NCBI GenBank assembly: GCA_054600435.1
Contig: BAAIJX010000009.1
Span: forward strand, 434,001-498,000
Source: Neophaeotheca triangularis
Taxonomy: Eukaryota
DNA: 64,000 bases
Reading direction: 5' to 3'
Shown: positions 55,562 to 64,000 of the stretch, in pieces
How the letters are laid out: each line of letters starts with the position of its first letter
Position numbering within the stretch: the first letter of the stretch is position 1
The notes under the pieces: generated by a model
The model's input: only the letters and a program-made list of their open reading frames with translations
Databases searched by the model: none
Told to the model about the DNA's origin: nothing
Translations under genes and position numbers: made by a program

Positions 55562-57480
55562 ATGGATCATCTTTCATCCGAAGCCGACGATGCTAGGACG
55601 AGCATTGTCGAGTCTCCAGCGGGAGTCGCTCAGGCGGCTTCCTCAGCGAATGCTGTTCCGAAAGCACGGCATCCGACGCCAACGCTGGCTCTACTGCTCT
55701 TCATTCTCCTCTTCTCGACAGCAACACGCTTGATCAACCTGCCTGTCAACCGGATCGTGGAGCACAGAATCTGTCAAGAGTACTACGAGGCTCATGAGCT
55801 GTCCATTACTTCTCCGGGTGGATCTATCCCGGAGAGCGCGTGCAAACTCGACCCAATACAAGCAAAGCTCGGTTGGATTTCAGGGTCTTTGGACACCGCC
55901 ATTCTCGTTGTTGGTAAATCATCTTCAATCAAGTCGTCCGCAACCGTATACTGATGTAATAAGATCTCGTTACGGCGATACCAATGGGGTTCCTCGCCGA
56001 TCGGTTAAGTCCCCGCTTGGTACTTCCCCTGAATTGCCTGGCGACAGCCGTACTACTTCTTTGGATCATATTCGTCGGTCCGTCAACAGCATCCATGATT
56101 CTCCTAGGGAGTCCTGCTGACGCTGATCGTAAGGGTACGTTCGATTTATCCCGATATCAATGATGCTGGCGGGTCTTTTTTTGGGAGCTTTCGGCGGTGG
56201 GAACTGCATTTTCCGGGCAGTCACGCTCAAGGTTGTGTCTCAAATATCCGGAGACGAGGCTCAGATGTAAGTTTGCTCAAGATTCATTGGATCAAGGTTC
56301 CTGAACAAGAGTACTGCTAACGTCATCAGTACTTCAAACGTGGCCTTGCTGAGTTCTCTGGACTATAGCACCTCTCTCTTCGGACCATCTCTGGCTGCTG
56401 CACTCATGTATCGCTCCGCATGGCTTCCCGTCCTGGTTGGATTAGTGTTAATTGCGGTGGCTATTCCTCTGGTGGCCTTCCTACCTTCGCCGCAAACGCA
56501 TCCTTCGACCGAACCATGCGAGTCTAGGTCGGTGAACAATATAAATTCCAACCAAGCAACAGCAGAAGAAGAAACTCCACTACTTGCGGGTAGAAGACAA
56601 TCAACTCCCGAGAACACAGACGAGGATGAAGCGCTAGCAGCTAAGGATAGCTCCACCGCCCGCAGTTTTGTTCGCCAGTACACCAATGTTTTCAATTCAG
56701 GCCCCGATTTTCAGCGTCTTCTCATGTGCAGTTTCCTCACCGGCTTCGCAGGATCGGCTACTGGGCTCTTGCGCCTGTATGTTTCCAAGCGGTATGGTTG
56801 GCCATTAGCAAAGGTTAGAATCTCTTGTTCAATCTTCGCGATGGCTCGTTGAGCTGTACTAACCCGCCTAGGTTGGGTTTCTGCTCACATTGAAAGCCTC
56901 AATCAACATCTTCATGATGGTTGTCGCTGTGCCTCTATACGTTCGGGCATGGCTGCGTCTAAGCAAGGACAATGGCCGTACGGCGAGAAAGGACACAGTG
57001 GGCACCGCATTCCTTCTGTTGGTATCGGCCATCGGCGCTACTCTCATTGCTGCGTCTTCAAGCGTTGAATTTCTTATACCATGTCAGTGACAAGTCTCCC
57101 CGTATAATGGGGTCGAAGCTAACCCACCATAGCTCTATGCGTGGCCGCTATTGGAAGCGCTTTTGCGCCATTCTTCTATGCTTTGGTTAGGAACTTACCA
57201 ACCGGACCTCTGCGCAACGAAGGTGGAAATGAGAGCGTTTTGTTCACGACATTGGTTGTAACCAATAATCTGGGAGCGCTAGCCGGCACACCCATCATTA
57301 CAGCTGCTTGGGTTAAGAGCTTGGGGGTCGGGGGAGCCACGCTCGGCACACCGTACTACATCGCCGCAGTGCGTACACTACACCTCTCGCAGAGTCAGTG
57401 ATCTTGATGCTGACAGTCATGTTATACTCTAGGCTGTTAATTTGGCTGCTCTTGCCAGCGTTTGTAACGTCAAGGCATGA
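55562..57480 (+). CDS. MFS transporter, 6 introns
   Basis: The spliced product contains RIVEHRICQEYY, CKLDPIQAKL, PMGFLADRLSPR, FGGG, LYVSKRYGW and GTPYYIAA. Introns were traced with branch sites; two use AAG acceptors. Confidence 0.8.
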
Positions 57481-57691
57481 CTATGTGAGTGTGCCGACGC
57501 ATGTTGCCGCTTTCAGACCACGAGCAGCAACTACACTGGCATCGCGCTAGTCAAACATGCAACAGTTGTTGGACCAGTACGTCAAACTACCAAAACTACA
57601 TAAGCGGCCGTCAAAGTTAAGAATCAACAAAAACGACAGAACATTGCAAATGGACCACTGCATTCCCCGGTGATAGCCGAGTCCGATAGGC

Positions 57692-58366
57692 TCACCAATG
57701 GACCCTACAGCATCGGGAGCACGTTCTCTGCGGCACGGCGCCCGGTCTTCCTTCGTGGAAACCCCAAAGGACCTCAATGAACGCTTCATCCTCGTCTTCC
57801 GGCATCTGGTCCATCGTGATGGTGGTTCTGCCCATCGTATACTCGAAGCGTTTCAGCAGCGACCCAGTGATCTCGTGTTCGACCCTAGAGATACCAAGGC
57901 GTTCCGTCAGGCCGTACGTCTCCATCACCAACGCAAGATCCCCGACAAAATCAGTGGTGAAAGCGGCAGGGCTGGCAGAAGGCTGGGCATCGAAGGCGAA
58001 CTCGTACGGCACGAGACCGCCATCCGTCAACGCCCACGTGGATCCCGTGAGTTGATTGCGAAGAGCATCCGGCATCTCGTCAATCTGCCAGGGCGTCACT
58101 ACATTGCCGTACTGGACTAGTCGTTCGTTTGATTGCAAGTCCATGTGGCGGTGTTTGACGATGATGCCGTAGTGGCGGTGCATTTCGTGTCGGACGAGAA
58201 CATCTCTTTCTCCCTGTCAATGCTGGGTAGGCAAATGAAGAGGCGGCGCATCATACCTCAGAGCGTTGAACGCATCATCGTCGATTGGGTTGGTGCGGTG
58301 AAAAGCGAAAGCGTCGCGCTCCTTTGGGATGGATTGCCAGATGTTGGGGAGTGCTTCGAGAGCCAT
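57692..58366 (-). CDS. Hypothetical protein with a Cys/His-rich C-terminus; intron 58256..58206
   Basis: MALEALPNIW...NALR|DVLVRHEMHRHYGIIVKHRHMDL...W...LVPYEF...CSRCCRVH. The 3' end is uncertain because a GTGAGC donor overlaps the stop. Confidence 0.6.
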
Positions 58367-59882
58367 GATGGGTGTTCAAACTAGAGATCAATAGGCTAAT
58401 TGCTGGTTTGAGGAAGACGCTATAAGGCGAAACGGTCCCACCTGCTCGCGGAGAGGAGGGCAGCCTTTTGTTTTCTTCTACCCCTCATTCAGCCTTGCTT
58501 TCGCCCTTCGCCGGAAGGAGGGGTATATTGCAGCAAGCTAAAGCCCCTTGGTGCAGCGTGGCGTCTATCTAATACTCGAAATAAAGACAGCTCGGTACAA
58601 ACGAGGCTACTACCCAGTACATGGTTGCCTCAATCATGAATCCTAGAGCACGAAAACAAGCGCATTGATGTCTTGCGACACCGGATTAGTAACTGCAGAT
58701 CTACCCTCGCGCTCTGCAACTACAATTACAGACCTATGCAACTTCGGGGTAGAGTACTAATCTCGCACCGGCCGCCAGCCATCGGGTATAAGCAGTTGTG
58801 CAACCGTTTGACAACCTGCTTCATATATAGCCAAGCAGCCTGCTGACATGGTGGAAGTACAGCCACAATATGCTGCTACTCATGAGCTGTTCGCATGGCT
58901 GGCAGTAAGAGAAGACAAGGCAGCTAGATGCCGCTCGAAGAGCGCTGCGCGTGCTCTACAACGTCGCCTGCTACAAAACCACGTCAGGCTGGCTGACAGG
59001 CGCTGCACTCATCTTGGACTACCTAGACAAAGAAGTCTTGGAGCACAGCTCACATGCTGTGCGTGCGTCTGGATGTGTGACCCCCGAAAAAAATTTACCC
59101 GCCACACTATGTACCTGTGTTGGCTTCCTACGTCCCCTGGCCATTATATGCTGTCAATGCCGTTTTTACTAACTTTGTTTGAAAAATTCTCCACTTCATA
59201 CTTGGACAGTGCCGCAATGTGATGCTCGATCCATCCTTTCAGTGTTGAAATCGAAGGAGATTCGTTGCTACCGCTACAACTGTCAGGAACCGCCTTGTCT
59301 CGTCAAAGCCTGGATGAGGTATCGTTCGAAGCGACAATGACTCAACTGTACGCCAGGTCTTGAGGCTCACCTTCCTCAATCGTTCCTGACTGGAAAGTGA
59401 TCCTTGTTCACACTAGTAGTGTTCTATGGCAAGAATACCTATATGGTACCGTGAAAGGTCCATTGCAAAAGTCTGCAAGGTAAGCACGAATTCGTTGCGA
59501 GGTGTACTCAAGGCGATTGCTAATGCGTGGTACCTGGTCATCAACACATGTGCCAAGACAAAGCACGTGATTTGAGTGAGAACAAGCGAGCTCGAGGGTC
59601 GGAGGGAGGCATCGCGACGAAGGCAATCGAACTTGAACGAAGCAACAACCAGAGACAAGAATGCGGGCACCCGGGAACCGCGAGGGGCCGTCCCGCACCT
59701 AAGGGGGACAGAAGGTCTAAAGTCTACAGAGCAAGCTACCCCTCATCCGAAGTCCGGGAGCTGATGCGTAAGGTAAACATAAATGCGACTGTAGGTCACT
59801 TTGCAACAAGAATAATGTCCCTTTTCCACACCTTCTCAAACTCTTCGATTCAACCCAATCACAAATACAAACCGCCACCACA

Positions 59883-60470
59883 ATGCCCGACACAAACCGC
59901 CCCCCAACAACCAACCAACTCTCCCAAAACCTCCCCGGCCCGACCGCCTACCTAACGGGCCACAACGAAGAATCCGGCAAAGCAATCGTCCACTCCACCC
60001 GCCCAGTGCAATGGCAAAAATACGATGAAGACAAACTCGCCATGAGCGTAGCCTACACAACATCCTTCCCGCCAGACCTCAACGGCGACGCAGACGTAAA
60101 ACAACACGAGCAAAAAGTCGCATCCGGCAACCTCGGTCTCGTGAGCGGAGGCGGCACCGTGCTCCGCTACGTCGATTTCGCTCCGGGTTACGAGTGCATG
60201 ATGCACCGCACGCAGTCTGTGGACTACGGTATCGTGCTCGAGGGCCAGATTGAGAGCGTGCTGGATAGTGGCGAGGTGCAGCTTATGGGGAGGGGGGATG
60301 TTATGGTGCAGAGGGCTACGATGCATGCGTGGAGGAATCCGAGCGGTACTGAGTGGGCGAGGATGATTTTTTGTCTGCAGGATTGTAAACCTTTGACTGT
60401 TGGGGGTAAGAGGTTGGGGGAGGATCTTGGTAGGGGGACTGAGGGGGTTCCGCCGAGTGGGAATGATTGA
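59883..60470 (+). CDS. Cupin-2 barrel protein
   Basis: TGHNEESGKA, RYVDFAPG, MHRTQSVDYGIVLEG and GDVMVQRATMHAWRNPS. Confidence 0.9.
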   Translation: MPDTNRPPTTNQLSQNLPGPTAYLTGHNEESGKAIVHSTRPVQWQKYDEDKLAMSVAYTTSFPPDLNGDADVKQHEQKVASGNLGLVSGGGTVLRYVDFAPGYECMMHRTQSVDYGIVLEGQIESVLDSGEVQLMGRGDVMVQRATMHAWRNPSGTEWARMIFCLQDCKPLTVGGKRLGEDLGRGTEGVPPSGND

Positions 60471-60742
60471 GGAGATTGAGATTGGAGAGGTATGCAGGAG
60501 TGATATATGAAAGATTATAAAGGCTACAGTCTGAGCCAAGGGCGAAGGCTGGCTCGAAGCCATGGACTATGGCCGTATGCCGTATAGCCGGCGCCCTTGA
60601 GCCGGAAAGGACCTCCCGCAGAAAGATTGAAAACGAGCAGGCCCTAATTCAGGCCAGCAAATCCAAGAACTCCCTCAAATAACGCCTCGGCAGCATCTCA
60701 AGCTTTCTCAGGTTTCTTTGAAGCTTCAACATCATTCACACC

Positions 60743-62290
60743 TCAAAGTTCACCTTCTTCACCCTCTCCTTCACCCTCTCCTTCACCCTTTACTTCACCC
60801 TCCACTTCACCCCCCTTTTCACCCTCCACCTCACCCCTCTCTTCACCATCCCCTTCCCCCTCCTCCCACAAATCCTCCATCCCCTCCACCCCTTCCCTCA
60901 AAGTCCTCCTCAAAACATCCGCATTCCTCCAATTTGCCACCTCATGCCCCACCCTCAACTCCCTAGCCCTAACCCCCGCGCCCGCATCCCTCCGCCGAGC
61001 CTCATAAACCCTTTTATGAATCTCCAGCCGACAAAGCGCGATCTTCAACGCCCGCACCGTGCCGAGCTGATCCCGCGCCACGGCTTCCATGTCAACGTCC
61101 AGGGCGGCGACGTTGGCGAAGAGCCAGCCGCGCTGTCCGAGTTCCGTATCGCCTAGGTCGAGGAATGTTTTCTTGTCGTGGCGGGATTGCTCCGTGGTGA
61201 AGAGGGGTTTGCGGGCCGCGGGGTCCGAGGCGATGGCTGTGGCGTACGAGGGATCGAGGTCTTTGCGGCAGGTTTGGTATTCGGTTTCCACTTTGTCGGT
61301 GATGGCGTCTTTGCAGTCGAGGACTAGGGCTTGGAGGGTTTTGGCCTGGTTGATGGGGGTGTACAGGGGTTCTTGTAGGGCTTTATAGACGAGCGGGTGT
61401 TCTTTGAGGCAGGTGTGGAGGCGGTTGGCTTTGCGTTGGAATGTGTATTGCGCGGAGATGAGGTCTTTGGAGGTGGTCTGGGTTTGTCGTTAGTTGTTAC
61501 CACTTGAGCTGTGGTTTAAGGGGAAAATAGGGGAGACTCCTACCACGCCCTCCTTGTGTGCCTTTCGCTTGGTTGTGTTCAGCTTCTTCGTCAAGTCTTT
61601 GAAATGCTTCCAGCCTCCTGTGGTTTCGTCGCCAATGACATGTTTGATGAGCAGCTCGCTGACGATGGAGCGGTCGCTGTTGCTGATCCGGTTCTTGAGT
61701 TTGCCGTTGCCAGCCAGCCATTCTGCCCAGACTTTTTCGCAGCCTGCTACCGTCATGTCGGAGATTTTGGTCGCTGCGTCGAGGGCAAGGTCGTATTCGG
61801 GGTCGTCACGACTCAATGTGTCGACGGAGGACGAGTCGTTGGTGTCCTCGACGGCAGTTTCCTTCTCCTGGTCTGGATCGCCACCGTCGGGAGCATTTCT
61901 TCCATGGGCAGGGTTAGACAGTTGCTTGTCGTTCTTTGTCGGTTCGACCCTCGACGACTCCTGGGCCTGTTCCTGCTGGGGCTGAGCGCTAGCGGTTCCA
62001 GGGGGATCGGCTTCGTCGACTACGACCGGGGCAAAAGGCGTGCTGGGGTCACCCTTGATCAAGCCCTGTGGACGGCCTTTGCGCTTCTTGGAAGGTATCG
62101 TCTTGCCAACTTTAGGCTTTTTCGAAACGTCTGTACCGACTTCGGGCGCCTTGGAAGAAGGAACATTATTCTGCTCATCGCTCTCCTTCTTGATCGGTTG
62201 TGGATTGGACTTCTGACGCTTCGAGCCCTTACCTGGCTGCTTATCAGCGTTGCCGGGAGCGGGGTTTCTTTTGATCGGATGGTCTGTCAT
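60743..62290 (-). CDS. Hypothetical protein of about 493 aa with a Glu-Gly repeat tail; intron 61543..61478
   Basis: Two ORFs are joined in frame by a GTAGGA...CTAAC...CAG intron. No family was recognised. Confidence 0.6.
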
Positions 62291-62566
62291 CTTCTCGATC
62301 GGGATGGATACAGTTGTCGATAGGTAGGTAAGTTGTTTTGGATAGATGGACAATTATCTAGTATGTGGAAAAGGTATGGATCGTCGGGTATGGTCGAGGT
62401 AAGTTGGAGAGGTTGATAGTAAGTCGAGTCCAGTATCCTAGAAGGAAGGGTAAAGATATATACGCATCTCGTGTGCGAATAGTAACGTTCGTATATCGAA
62501 CAGTAACGTTTCTGTATCGTCCTGTTACGCACTGGCTGTCTTTTATAGGCATATTCGTGCGTTGTA

Positions 62567-62740
62567 GTCTGCTGTATAGGCGCAAACATCCGAGTTACCG
62601 GCGATGCGACCGTCGAGGGTGACCCCTACGTCTTTGTCTGCTTTACAGGCGCAAACACACATGTCCCAGGCGACGCAACCCTTAAGCGTGATCCTTACGT
62701 CGTGGTCCGCTGCATTTGTGCAAACTCTAGCGTGCCTTGG
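62567..62740. repeat. Degenerate 69-bp tandem repeat, about 2.5 copies
   Basis: Units start at 62567, 62636 and 62705. Units 1 and 2 match at 50 of 69 positions without gaps. Confidence 0.7.
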
Positions 62741-62879
62741 GGCGTAGGTCCTAGTCTTGTGGTTGAGCTGGATTGCCCGATCACCTGGAGTAACGGTGGT
62801 CTTCGCGCCCGCTCCAAGAGCAGGGTGTTTTGATCGAGCAATTAACTGCGCTTTCCTAGGTCAAACAGGTTAGGACGGC

Positions 62880-63165
62880 CTTCACCCTATCCTTCGCACC
62901 CTACCTCACCCTCTTTCTTATCTTCTCCACCTCCTAATTCACCTCCTACTTCACCCTCCTGCTTCACCCTCCACTTCACCTGCCTCTTTACCTCATACTT
63001 CACCCCCTTCTTTACCTTCCTTTTCATCTCCTACTCTACCCTCCTTCCCCCCTCCTTCCCCCCTCCTTCACTACGTACCTCGCCCTTCATATTACCTCCT
63101 ACTCCACCCCCCTAGTTCTTCGCCCTCTTCCTTCAGCCCCTCCTTCTTTCCACTACTTCGCCCCT
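62880..63165. repeat. Degenerate CTTCACCCTCC-type polypyrimidine repeat
   Basis: Similar to the 12-bp unit at 60735-60850 that encodes the EG tail, but with stops and indels on the minus strand. Confidence 0.65.
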
Positions 63166-64000
63166 GCGGTGTGCTACAGTCGTGAAAACGTGATGCTTCC
63201 TGCATAGCCGTATTAAGGGGGTTTTTCCGAGGCTAGCGCTATAGCGTTGTGCGACTGTCTAACGGCAGAAAGTGATTCAATCTGAAGTACATAGGGTGAA
63301 GAGCGAGAAAATGGGAAGTTTAGAAGTCAAAAATAACGGCACAATATTCCGATTCTCGCACGACTAAGACCCCAGCATCCTTAAATTCATTTTTTTCGTA
63401 GGAAGGGTAGGAATAAGAAGCAAAGTACATATAAAAGAAGAGCAGTAAGGCAGTTTAGAGAAAGCAAAGCAAAGCAAAGCGTTGGCAAAACAAAAAGCAT
63501 ACCTAATGTTGAAAGCCACGTTCAAGAAGCAAACGAAAGGAGGCAAAGAATACAACGCACAAGGGACAAACGGAAGGGCTATTTCCGTATTATGGGGTGC
63601 ATGCCCGTCTGCTGGTTGCTAGGGGGAGCTACATCGAGTAGTGGTCAAGATCGAATCGCCCTCGAGGCAACGCTGTCCTGTCTGGAATGGTAGGTCGCTG
63701 GCCGGAGAGTGGCCCTTGACAGTGATAGAAGGTATCACGCTGCCTACTGTCATTTCCTGAATGGGAAGCGCAGTGTGCAGCTGGGAATTCAATGTTGTAG
63801 GTGTCGATGTCATGTTGGTGTTGGTGTTGGTATAACTGCTGCATCTAAAGCGAATCCCCAGGAGGGAGTCGCCGAGGTATCACTAGCGGCTCGCGATAAG
63901 GCGGCATCTCGCCGGGAAACGAGCTGCTACTTCCCGGGATCGCAATTGGCGAATGAAAAAGAGGCGATCAAAGCAAGTGGGGCTATATCTGTTTCACTAC

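Noticed and set aside
58848..59700. Possible gene fragment between the unknown gene and the cupin
   Set aside because: Only short ORFs with no recognisable motif or consistent exon structure.
62567..62740. CRISPR-like or RiPP-precursor interpretation of the 69-bp repeat
   Set aside because: There is no repeat-spacer structure, no start codon or signal peptide, no regular dibasic cleavage sites, and the context is eukaryotic.

Overview
Gene-dense, intron-containing fungal DNA (Pezizomycotina; probably a dothideomycete, inferred from gene style and not verified). About 21 genes are supported: RNA15/CstF-64, CFT2/CPSF100, a Pro-rich unknown protein, a tandem HET-domain gene with three in-frame stops, SRC1/HEH1, a RING-ankyrin protein, a DDHD phospholipase, a PaaI thioesterase, the APSES factor StuA, ornithine decarboxylase antizyme, an NDR/COT1-like kinase, a DUF1772 protein, GCN1, a DHX29/DHX57-like helicase, proteasome alpha-2, a RING-CH protein, an NSS/SLC6-type symporter, an MFS transporter, a cupin and two further unknown genes. 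The most interesting signal is non-canonical decoding in three consecutive + strand genes. (1) StuA lies behind a 2.7-kb nearly AUG-free stretch and has a 141-codon open in-frame extension with no AUG. (2) Antizyme needs a +1 ribosomal frameshift at GUU-UGA. (3) The kinase has a single in-frame UAG inside an otherwise intact catalytic domain, in a U-A-G hairpin-loop context that fits restorative A-to-I mRNA editing (UAG to Trp). No tRNA, rRNA, CRISPR array or intact transposon was recognised. All calls were made by eye without database searches.
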